From the IMG/VR virus record IMGVR_UViG_3300032312_001897, positions 1-32,319 of that record: a DNA stretch of 32,319 bases, one strand, 5' to 3'. Numbering within the stretch: position 1 is the stretch's first letter; each line of letters starts with the position of its first letter. The stretch comes from a virus (lineage: Duplodnaviria; Caudoviricetes). Made by a program: the position numbers and the translations under genes. Shown one piece after another: positions 1 through 7,430 of this stretch. A model generated the notes under the pieces. It worked only from the letters and a program-made list of their open reading frames with translations. It did not search any database and was not told where the DNA came from.

Positions 1-1
1 C

Positions 2-187
2 TTTACATATGATGGTTCATCTTTAACATTCACATTACAAAACGGAATTAGTGATATAATAACGTTGGATATTAATGGTCTTGTGGAAGAGGAAGGTGCG
101 GGTTACGAAATATCGGGAATTAAACAAGTTACACTATTATATACTCCTGTTGTTGGTTCAAGAATAGGTGTAACTTATTTACATTAA
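2..187 (+). CDS. 3' end of an upstream ORF (partial), probably a virion/structural beta-rich protein
   Basis: Frame 2 is open from the window start: FTYDGSSLTFTLQNGISDIITLDINGLVEEEGAGYEISGIKQVTLLYTPVVGSRIGVTYLH, TAA at 185-187. Not in the ORF track because the start lies outside the window. Confidence 0.7.
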   Translation, partial: FTYDGSSLTFTLQNGISDIITLDINGLVEEEGAGYEISGIKQVTLLYTPVVGSRIGVTYLH

Positions 188-188
188 T

Positions 189-356
189 CTATTCGTCATA
201 TAAATCTTTTTCTCGTTTTTTCGGTTTACTAATATCGTCAATCCACTTTTCTATAACTTTATGGATTTTAAATCCATTCTTATCACAATAACTTTTAAGT
301 AATTGGTGATGTTTTTCACTAATTTTTACGTTTTTATATATTGTTTTTTCTTTCAT
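189..356 (-). CDS. Small ribbon-helix-helix (CopG/Arc/ParG-like) DNA-binding protein, 55 aa
   Basis: MKEKTIYKNVKISEKHHQLLKSYCDKNGFKIHKVIEKWID: alternating beta-strand (KNVKI), helix, G turn, helix, the RHH pattern. ATG at 356 preferred over TTG at 374. Only credible minus-strand gene in the window. Confidence 0.65.
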   Translation of the reverse strand: MKEKTIYKNVKISEKHHQLLKSYCDKNGFKIHKVIEKWIDDISKPKKREKDLYDE

Positions 357-394
357 AGATAAATTAAGATACAAAAAGATATAAATCTATCTTT
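357..394. promoter_or_regulatory. Candidate operator: AGATA x3 at 10-bp spacing plus inverted repeat AAAGATA-N6-TATCTTT
   Basis: AGATA at 357, 367 and 377; AAAGATA 375-381 pairs with TATCTTT 388-394; lies between the RHH start codon and its putative promoter. Confidence 0.45.
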
Positions 395-400
395 CATGTT

Positions 401-429
401 AAAAATACGGAAATCTTTGGTAAAATCAA
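401..429 (-). promoter_or_regulatory. Putative host-RNAP promoter for the RHH gene
   Basis: Minus strand reads TTGATT-N16-TATTTTT, i.e. TTG-N19-TAnnTTT, resembling Bacteroidota TTG-N19-TAnnTTTG and sigma70 -35/-10. Similar element at 3089-3119. Confidence 0.4.
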
Positions 430-432
430 TGA

Positions 433-440
433 TATTTATA
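433..440 (+). promoter_or_regulatory. Putative late promoter motif TATTTATA upstream of tail sheath
   Basis: Same TATTTAT(A/T) motif precedes the ORFs at 3199, 4691, 7431, 17230, 26014 and 28359. Confidence 0.5.
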
Positions 441-477
441 GTATAATAGTAATAAAATTTTAACCAAATAACAATCA

Positions 478-2901
478 ATGGCAAATTCAAACAGAGTATT
501 CGTTTCACCTGGTGTATATACATCAGAGAAAGATTTAACATTTGTGGCACAAAGTGTGGGTGTCACAACATTAGGATTGGTGGGTGAGACTTTAAAAGGT
601 CCCGCTTTTGAACCAATTTTAATTAGTAATTATGATGAGTTTAGAATATATTTCGGCGGTAGTTCCGCAGTAAAAGACGGTGACGGTAATCCAAGATATG
701 AGTTACCATATGTGGCTAAATCATATCTTCAGGAATCAAATCAATTATTTGTTACAAGAATTTTAGGTTTGACAGGTTACAGAGCCGGTGAAACTTATTC
801 AATTAAAGCAAGTAATGGAGTTGCGGTTGCATCATTAAGAGCAAGAGGTTTTTATTCTACTACTGGTGCTACTGTAACATATGCAGCAACTGACGTTACA
901 ATGTCAGGTGTAACAATTGCGTCTGATCCATTATCTGATTTTACTTTAACTGTGACATCACCTTTTGGAAATAAAACATTTGTTTGTAATTTAAACAAAT
1001 CGTCATCAAAATTCATAACCAAAGTACTAGGTACTGAAGTTTTTGATAAATCATATCTTGATTATCCTGTTTATGTACATGAAGTTTATCCAAACTACTT
1101 AAGAAGTTCGTTTGAACAAGGAACAATTACAGGTTTAACTACTGTTTCTGTTTTTGATGAAACAAATAAATTCGTAAAAGAGTGGGACACTTCAGTATCT
1201 CCAATGGTGGTTTCAGAAGTGAGAGGTAATAAAGTAGATGATTTGTTTCAAGTTGTTACAATATCTGATGGAGATTCATCAAACTCACAAGTAAAGATAA
1301 TGGTTGCAAATATCGATTTTGATAGACTTGAATTTGATTTAATTGTTCGTGATTTTAATGATACCGACGAAAACATGGTGGCACTTGAAAAATTTTCAAG
1401 ATGTTCTATGGACCCTAACTTACCTGGATATGTTGCAAGAAAAGTAGGTACCTCTGACGGTAATTACGAATTGAAATCAAAGTACATCATGTTAACAATG
1501 GTTGAGAATCACCCAACAGATGCATTTCCTGCGGGATTTAAAGGATTCCCATCATATAATAACGGAAGTAGTGTTATAGGTGCAACTACATATAAAACAG
1601 AATACTTTATTGCTGGTGAAACTATGTACGATGACCTTAATGGTGACCCTGTAGTATCTAATGGTGATAAAGTAAAAAAAGTTAGTTTAGGTTTATCAAC
1701 TCAAGCAGGTTTCCTACATGATAGAGATTTATTCAAGTATAAAGGAAAATCCGCTACAGGATCCACAGAAGGATTTCATTTATCTGTAAACGCAACAGGT
1801 ATCACATCAACTTTGACTGTATCAGGTAAAATGTTTACATGTACACCATATAATTTAGAAGGAACAGATAAGGGTCTTTTAGATTCTATAAACTATAGAA
1901 AATTCACTTTTGCAACTGCAGGTGGTTTTGATGGTTGGGATATATATAGAAGTGTTAGAACATTTGATGATAGGTTTATATTCGGTAAAACATTATATTT
2001 GAGTGGAAACACAACTAATGGCGGTGTGTTTGATATCAATACTGGTAACTCTGACTATTATTCTTATTTATCGGGTATCGAAACATTTGCAAATCCTGAA
2101 GCAGTTGATATTAATGTATTCGCAACTCCAGGTATTAATTTCTTTGACCATGAGTCTTTAGTTACTCAAGCAATTGATATGGTTGAAAATGATAGAGCCG
2201 ATTCTTTGTATGTCATTAACAGTAAAAATAGGCAAACAGCACAAGATGTCATTGATGATATGGACACTATTGGATTGGATTCAAACTATTCAGCAACATA
2301 TTGGCCTTGGATTCAAATACGTGATATTGATAATTCAACACAATTGTATATTCCTCCTACCGCAGAAGTTGTAAAAAATATTGCATTAACTGACAATGTT
2401 TCATATCCATGGTTCGCAGTAGCTGGTTATTCAAGAGGTATTGTAAACTCAATAAAAGCTTATAAGAAGTTAACTCTTGATGAAAGAGATGAACTTTATA
2501 AAAATAGAATTAATCCAATTGCAACCTTCTCTGATACCGGTACAATCATTTGGGGTAATAAAACACTTCAAGTTAGAGAATCTGCACTTGATAGAATCAA
2601 CGTAAGAAGATTACTATTGAGAGCAAGAAAACTAATATCTGCAGTTGCAGTTAGATTGTTGTTCGAACAAAATGATGAACAAGTAAGAAATGAATTCTTG
2701 AGATTGGTAAATCCAATTTTGGAATCAATTAAAAAGGAAAGAGGTGTATATGAGTTCAGAGTAACCGTATCAAATGATCCAGAAGATATTGATGCAAACA
2801 CTTTGAGAGGTAAGATTTATATCAAACCAACTCGTTCTCTTGAATTTATTGATGTAGAATTCATTATAACTCCTTCTGGAGCATCTTTTGATAACATCTA
2901 A
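478..2901 (+). CDS. Contractile tail sheath protein (T4 gp18-like)
   Basis: N-terminal SPGVYTSEKD, then YSATYWPWI, PWFAVAGYSRG, LYKNRINPI, IWGNKTLQ, RINVRRLL, FEQND and IKPTRSLEFI: hallmark sheath motifs. Confidence 0.97.
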   Translation: MANSNRVFVSPGVYTSEKDLTFVAQSVGVTTLGLVGETLKGPAFEPILISNYDEFRIYFGGSSAVKDGDGNPRYELPYVAKSYLQESNQLFVTRILGLTGYRAGETYSIKASNGVAVASLRARGFYSTTGATVTYAATDVTMSGVTIASDPLSDFTLTVTSPFGNKTFVCNLNKSSSKFITKVLGTEVFDKSYLDYPVYVHEVYPNYLRSSFEQGTITGLTTVSVFDETNKFVKEWDTSVSPMVVSEVRGNKVDDLFQVVTISDGDSSNSQVKIMVANIDFDRLEFDLIVRDFNDTDENMVALEKFSRCSMDPNLPGYVARKVGTSDGNYELKSKYIMLTMVENHPTDAFPAGFKGFPSYNNGSSVIGATTYKTEYFIAGETMYDDLNGDPVVSNGDKVKKVSLGLSTQAGFLHDRDLFKYKGKSATGSTEGFHLSVNATGITSTLTVSGKMFTCTPYNLEGTDKGLLDSINYRKFTFATAGGFDGWDIYRSVRTFDDRFIFGKTLYLSGNTTNGGVFDINTGNSDYYSYLSGIETFANPEAVDINVFATPGINFFDHESLVTQAIDMVENDRADSLYVINSKNRQTAQDVIDDMDTIGLDSNYSATYWPWIQIRDIDNSTQLYIPPTAEVVKNIALTDNVSYPWFAVAGYSRGIVNSIKAYKKLTLDERDELYKNRINPIATFSDTGTIIWGNKTLQVRESALDRINVRRLLLRARKLISAVAVRLLFEQNDEQVRNEFLRLVNPILESIKKERGVYEFRVTVSNDPEDIDANTLRGKIYIKPTRSLEFIDVEFIITPSGASFDNI

Positions 2902-2918
2902 AAATGGTAATAAAAAAT

Positions 2919-2947
2919 AAAAGGGTGTAGAAATACACCCTTTTTTT
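2919..2947. terminator. Intrinsic, probably bidirectional terminator
   Basis: GGGTGTA-GAAA-TACACCC hairpin with a GNRA loop, followed by T7 and preceded by an A-rich tract. Confidence 0.85.
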
Positions 2948-2954
2948 ATATCTA

Positions 2955-2970
2955 TGTTCCACATGGAACC
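2955..2970. promoter_or_regulatory. parS-like palindrome TGTTCCACATGGAACC
   Basis: 14/16 match to the bacterial parS palindrome TGTTCCACGTGGAACA; intergenic and GC-rich relative to its flanks. Confidence 0.55.
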
Positions 2971-3002
2971 ATTTTTTAAAACAATTATATTTTTATAAAA
3001 CG

Positions 3003-3081
3003 CCCAGTATACTGGAACTAGTATTTATTATTTATTTTATTAATTATTATTAATTTATAATTTATAACTAGTTATACTGGG
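3003..3081. repeat. Inverted-repeat/palindrome cluster around a 46-nt AT-only core; candidate replication origin or structured RNA
   Basis: CCCAGTATA 3003-3011 pairs with TATACTGGG 3073-3081; perfect palindromes CCAGTATACTGG 3004-3015, ACTAGT 3017-3022 and TATAACTAGTTATA 3063-3076; only A/T from 3022 to 3067. Confidence 0.6.
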
Positions 3082-3088
3082 TATTAGT

Positions 3089-3119
3089 AAAAAATACGAA
3101 ATTTATTTGATATAGTCAA
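3089..3119 (-). promoter_or_regulatory. Putative antisense host-type promoter with no downstream ORF
   Basis: Minus strand TTGACT-N17-TATTTT (ATTGACTATATCAAATAAATTTCGTATTTTTT), sharing ATTGA...CGTATTTTT with the element at 401-429. Confidence 0.4.
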
Positions 3120-3153
3120 TAGTTGGATAATTAATTATTTTCAAATATCAATA

Positions 3154-3161
3154 TATTTATA
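3154..3161 (+). promoter_or_regulatory. Putative late promoter motif TATTTATA upstream of tail tube
   Basis: Lies 37 nt before the ATG, the same distance as the motif before the sheath gene. Confidence 0.5.
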
Positions 3162-3198
3162 ATAAAGTAAATAAACTTAAAAATTTAACAAATATCAA

Positions 3199-3687
3199 AT
3201 GGCAGATTTATTAATGAAAATGCCGGTTCCATATGAACCGAAAAGAGTTAACCGATTCATCGTTAGATTTCCATCATCTTTGGGAATTAACGAATGGTAT
3301 GTAACTTCAGCAGCAAGACCTAGTGCGAAAATTAACTCAGTTGCAATTCCTTTCTTGAATACATCAACATATGTTGCTGGTAGATTTGAATGGCAGGAAA
3401 TGAGGGTAACATTTAAAGACCCAATTGGACCATCCGCATCACAAGCGTTGATGGAATGGTTCCGTTTACACGCAGAATCAGTAACTGGTCGTATGGGATA
3501 CGCTGCGGGGTATAAGAAGAACATTGAACTTGAGATGTTAGACCCAACAGGTGTTGTAGTTGAAAAATGGATATTGGAAGGAACTTTTATCACCGATATC
3601 AACTTCAACGAATTAGATTACTCAAGAGATGATATTGCATCAATACAATGCTCATTGAGAATGGATAGATGTATACTTGTATACTAA
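3199..3687 (+). CDS. Tail tube protein (T4 gp19-like)
   Basis: 162 aa directly after the sheath; YEPKRVNRF, AGRFEWQEMRVTFKD, LMEW, YKKNIELEMLDPTGVVVEKWILEG, ELDYS fit the gp19 tube pattern. Confidence 0.93.
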   Translation: MADLLMKMPVPYEPKRVNRFIVRFPSSLGINEWYVTSAARPSAKINSVAIPFLNTSTYVAGRFEWQEMRVTFKDPIGPSASQALMEWFRLHAESVTGRMGYAAGYKKNIELEMLDPTGVVVEKWILEGTFITDINFNELDYSRDDIASIQCSLRMDRCILVY

Positions 3688-3707
3688 TATCTACTACTAT
3701 ATTTTAG

Positions 3708-3754
3708 AAACCGATAACCTAGCATTAAATCTGCCATAGGTTATCGGTTTTTTT
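3708..3754 (+). terminator. Intrinsic terminator after tail tube
   Basis: 14-bp stem AAACCGATAACCTA / TAGGTTATCGGTTT with a 15-nt loop, running into a T tract. Confidence 0.8.
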
Positions 3755-3797
3755 ATTTAAACTTTACTTTTTGATAGTTATAGATTAAAATAGACAT

Positions 3798-4547
3798 ATG
3801 GAAGATTTAAGAATAGACCCAAGTATTGCTTACGATGTTGTAGAATTACCTAGTAGAGGAATTCATTACGCAAATGGAAAGAAATCTGTTAGAGTTGCAT
3901 ACCTAACTGCATCAGATGAAAATATATTATCCTCACCAAATTTGATTCAAACAAATTCTGTTGTTATGGAATTACTTAAAAGAAAAGTAATTGATAAAGA
4001 TATCAACGCAGAAGAAATTGTTGAGGAAGATAAACAAGCAATATTAATATTTTTAAGAAACACAGCATTTGGTTCAGAATATAATATTACATTATCTGAT
4101 CCAAAAACAGACAATGAATTTAAAGTTGTAGTTGATTTAAGTTCATTAAATTTTAAAAAATTTGAATTGACACCAGACCAACATGGGGAGTTTACTTATG
4201 TTATGAGTAAATCTAATGCGGATATTACATTTAAATTTTTAACTCAAAAACAAGAAAACGAAATTAAAGACATTAATAAAAGTTGGAATGGTATTGGTTT
4301 TGCACCAATTATTACAAAACAACTTGAGGGTATGATAAAATCTGTGAAAGGTAATAGAGACCCAATGACAATTAGGAATTTCATTGAAAACTTACCAATT
4401 AAAGATTCACAAGATTTTAGAAAATTTGTTGAATTAAATAAACCTGGATTAGATTTATCACAAAAAGCAATAGCCCCATCAGGAGAAGAAGTCCAATTTC
4501 AACTTGGATTCGGGGTAGAATTTTTTCGCCCTTTCTACGGAATATAA
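3798..4547 (+). CDS. Tail assembly chaperone / baseplate hub assembly protein (T4 gp26-like; lambda gpG position)
   Basis: VELPSRG..Y, LTASDENIL, AILIFLRNTAFGSEY and C-terminal EFF..; sits between the tube and tape-measure genes. Confidence 0.75.
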   Translation: MEDLRIDPSIAYDVVELPSRGIHYANGKKSVRVAYLTASDENILSSPNLIQTNSVVMELLKRKVIDKDINAEEIVEEDKQAILIFLRNTAFGSEYNITLSDPKTDNEFKVVVDLSSLNFKKFELTPDQHGEFTYVMSKSNADITFKFLTQKQENEIKDINKSWNGIGFAPIITKQLEGMIKSVKGNRDPMTIRNFIENLPIKDSQDFRKFVELNKPGLDLSQKAIAPSGEEVQFQLGFGVEFFRPFYGI

Positions 4548-4677
4548 GAAAAATCAATTAAGTGAGATATTATTTTTGATTAAGAGAGGATTCTCTTATG
4601 GAGATATTATTTCCATGCCTGTTTATATAAGAAGATACTATATAAATTATTTAATTGAATTAGAAAATCCACAATAA
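4519..4677 (+). CDS. Unannotated +1-frame extension of the chaperone (gpT/gp51-like segment), probably reached by ribosomal frameshift
   Basis: Frame open 4519-4677 (bounded by TAG 4516-4518): NFFALSTEYKKNQLSEILFLIKRGFSYGDIISMPVYIRRYYINYLIELENPQ. It fills the gap to the tape measure; the only ATG (4615) gives 20 aa; FSY.DI..MP...R is typical of chaperone C-terminal segments. Confidence 0.7.
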   Translation, partial: NFFALSTEYKKNQLSEILFLIKRGFSYGDIISMPVYIRRYYINYLIELENPQ

Positions 4678-4690
4678 TCTATTTATTAAT

Positions 4691-7393
4691 ATGAATCAGG
4701 TAGATATTAGTAAATTTTCACAAAATTTAGATTTCAATAAATTTAAATTTCTTTACATCCAAGAATGGGATAGAATAAATAGTAGTACAAAATTCGACGG
4801 GACTAATAAAAATCATGAATCTAAATTAAAATCAGATTTTAAATCCTACTCCATTAGTTTTAAAAATACTAATAATAATGATGAAGATAGTAAAACTAGT
4901 TTTGGTCAAAAGGTATCTGGAAATATCATCGAATTCTTTGGAAAAGGATTAATAACACAAGAGAAAAAAGAGTATTTACCAGGTTTAAGTGAAGAAATGA
5001 TTGGTGTTCAAAAAATCATGGATACCATACTTGATTCTAAAGGTGATTTAAATGATTTATCAAAAATTGGTGAAAATCTTATAAATAATTTAGGTGGTCA
5101 ATTAGAGTTATATTTTGAGCAACAAACAGGATTAATTGATAGGATAAATAAACAGGCTGGTTTAACAGGAAAGTTAGCAAAAGACTTTAGAGAAGAATTA
5201 ACAAATGCAAATCCAAGATTACTTCAACTTGGAATTGGATTCGATGATTTGGCAGCATCTGTAAAAACGGCATTTGAGGCTTCTGGTAGATTTAATTTAC
5301 TTAATCAACAAACATTAGAAAAGGCAGGTGAAATCGCATTAGCGTATGTTGGTGATTTGAATGATTTAGTTAGAATGTATAGTGAGTTTGAAAAAGTTGG
5401 TTTAGGAGCTTCCGATGCTCAAGAAAAAATAGCAAAGGCAGGTAAAGAGGCACTAGGTTTAGGTTTAAGATCACAAACTGTGACAACTGAATTAAATAGA
5501 AATATAGGAAAACTAAACGAATACGGATTTAAAAAAGGAGTTGATGGACTATCCGAAATGGTAAGAAAAGCAACTGAATTTAGAATATCAATGGATTCGG
5601 TATTCACAATTGCTGAAAAAGTAATGAATCCTGATGGGGCGATAGAACTTGCCGCAAATTTACAAGTATTAGGTGGAGCAATTGGAGACTTCAATGATCC
5701 ATTGAAGTTAATGTACATGGCAACAAACAATGTTGAAGGTTTACAGGATGCATTAATTGGTGCTGCGAGTTCATTGACAACATATAATTCAGAACAAGGA
5801 AGATTCGAAATAACGGGAGTAAACTTGAGAAGAGCCAAAGAAATGGCGGCTCAATTAGGTATATCATATCAAGAGTTAGCAAAAGGTGCCGTCGCCGCTG
5901 CGGAAAGAACTTCAGCATCTGCCGATTTAATGGCTAGAGGTTTAAATCTGGACAAAAAACAAGAAGAATTTATCACAAATCTCGCACAAATGAAAGGTGG
6001 TAAGATGGTGATAGAAATTGGTTCTTCTGAAAGTTTAAAAAAATATTTTGATGGTCAGAGTACAGTAAAGTTAGAAGAACTCACACAAGAACAAGTCAAC
6101 GAATTGATGAAATATCAGAATGAACTTAAAGGAATGACCTCAGAACAAGTGGTCAAACAACAAGCTTCTGATATTGAAAACATGAAAAGAGATGTTAACT
6201 ATATCGCAGCTTTACTAAGAATTCAAGCAGGTAGAATTAGTAGTGCGGTAATGATGGAAACATTGGCTGCCACGACAGGAAAATCAATGAAAGATTTGGA
6301 AACATCTTTTGCTGAATGGTCAAAAAATCAAACCGGAGGTATTCAAGAACTAAAAGATAGATTTCTTGTAGAAGTAACTAAACAAATAGGTACGGCTAAA
6401 GATTTTATTGATAACAAAAATAAAACGAATACTCAAAATCAAACAAATAATCAAACAAATAATCAAACAAAAGAAGATAAAAAGAACCAAACTGTTGAAT
6501 CTAAACCAAAAGTTCAAAATTTATTTTTAAATTTTGACGATAGTAGTAAGGATAAGGTGCCAGATTCTAATAATTCAGATATAAATAAACAAAATAAAAC
6601 ATCTGTAAATAAAACAGATAATAATAAACAAATAGTATTCGCCGACACGAAAAATGAAAATGATACAAGTGCAAAGGCTATTGCATCAATAAATAAAGAT
6701 AAAGAAAATAAAAAAGAAGAACCATTAACATTATCTTTCAATAATGAGAAACCATTAAATGTTAATATTACAGAAGAATCTATTGTAAAGTTAAAAAAGA
6801 GTGAGGTAAACCCATCACTCGGACAATCAGATAAACAAAACTTTAATTTTTCTAAAGATTTTTATAGTGATTTTGAAAAAACTTATGGTCCAATTAACAA
6901 AGACAATCAAAGTCAACCGTTAACATTTGATATCAATAGAGATAAACCACTGGATGTTAATATTACTGAAGAATCGATAACTAAGTTGGTAAAAAAAGAT
7001 ATAAAACCATTACTTAATAAACAAAAAAATATAAGTACTGATTTACCAAATAGTTTTTTGAGTGGATTTGAAAAAACCTACAGATCAATTAATAAAGGAA
7101 ATGAAAAATCAGTAGTAAAAGTCAGTCCTCAAAGTATTGAAACTCAAAAAAATATTGACCTTAAAAAAGCAATTTCAGAACAAAATCAAAAAAGTAGTTT
7201 AGTTAAAACTACCAATGAACAAAAAACCGGTAAAGAAGATAATGAATCTACAGCAACGGTTGTACATAAACATATTGTAGAAATGAATGTTTCATCAACA
7301 GGACCAATTGTAGATGTATTAGCAAGGGCGATGTTAAAAGATCCAACGATAGTTTCACAATTTATAGGAAGAGAAGTTAGGGAATTCGTTTAA
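4691..7393 (+). CDS. Tape measure protein-like, 900 aa, with low-complexity repetitive C-terminus
   Basis: Position after tube and chaperone; A/L/G/Q-rich helical core (AIELAANLQVLGG, RRAKEMAAQLGISYQEL); K/N/S-rich tail. Confidence 0.75.
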   Translation: MNQVDISKFSQNLDFNKFKFLYIQEWDRINSSTKFDGTNKNHESKLKSDFKSYSISFKNTNNNDEDSKTSFGQKVSGNIIEFFGKGLITQEKKEYLPGLSEEMIGVQKIMDTILDSKGDLNDLSKIGENLINNLGGQLELYFEQQTGLIDRINKQAGLTGKLAKDFREELTNANPRLLQLGIGFDDLAASVKTAFEASGRFNLLNQQTLEKAGEIALAYVGDLNDLVRMYSEFEKVGLGASDAQEKIAKAGKEALGLGLRSQTVTTELNRNIGKLNEYGFKKGVDGLSEMVRKATEFRISMDSVFTIAEKVMNPDGAIELAANLQVLGGAIGDFNDPLKLMYMATNNVEGLQDALIGAASSLTTYNSEQGRFEITGVNLRRAKEMAAQLGISYQELAKGAVAAAERTSASADLMARGLNLDKKQEEFITNLAQMKGGKMVIEIGSSESLKKYFDGQSTVKLEELTQEQVNELMKYQNELKGMTSEQVVKQQASDIENMKRDVNYIAALLRIQAGRISSAVMMETLAATTGKSMKDLETSFAEWSKNQTGGIQELKDRFLVEVTKQIGTAKDFIDNKNKTNTQNQTNNQTNNQTKEDKKNQTVESKPKVQNLFLNFDDSSKDKVPDSNNSDINKQNKTSVNKTDNNKQIVFADTKNENDTSAKAIASINKDKENKKEEPLTLSFNNEKPLNVNITEESIVKLKKSEVNPSLGQSDKQNFNFSKDFYSDFEKTYGPINKDNQSQPLTFDINRDKPLDVNITEESITKLVKKDIKPLLNKQKNISTDLPNSFLSGFEKTYRSINKGNEKSVVKVSPQSIETQKNIDLKKAISEQNQKSSLVKTTNEQKTGKEDNESTATVVHKHIVEMNVSSTGPIVDVLARAMLKDPTIVSQFIGREVREFV
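6437..6471 (+). repeat. 12-bp tandem repeat AATCAAACAAAT x~3 (NQTN)
   Basis: Read directly; in frame within the tape measure gene. Confidence 0.85.
6722..7100 (+). repeat. Diverged 195-nt (65-aa) tandem duplication in the tape measure C-terminus
   Basis: PLTLSFNNEKPLNVNITEESIVKL...FEKTYGPINK (from 6722) versus PLTFDINRDKPLDVNITEESITKL...FEKTYRSINK (from 6917). Confidence 0.85.
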
Positions 7394-7430
7394 TTTTACC
7401 TATCCATCTATTTATAATTAAAGCAATATA

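Noticed and set aside
2902-3198. tRNA gene or CRISPR array in the longest intergenic region
   Set aside because: No cloverleaf or T-loop motif and no spaced direct repeats.
4519-4562. Canonical -1 frameshift in the chaperone gene
   Set aside because: The -1 frame reaches TAA shortly after the 0-frame stop (..IRKIN*), so only +1/-2 reaches the downstream segment.
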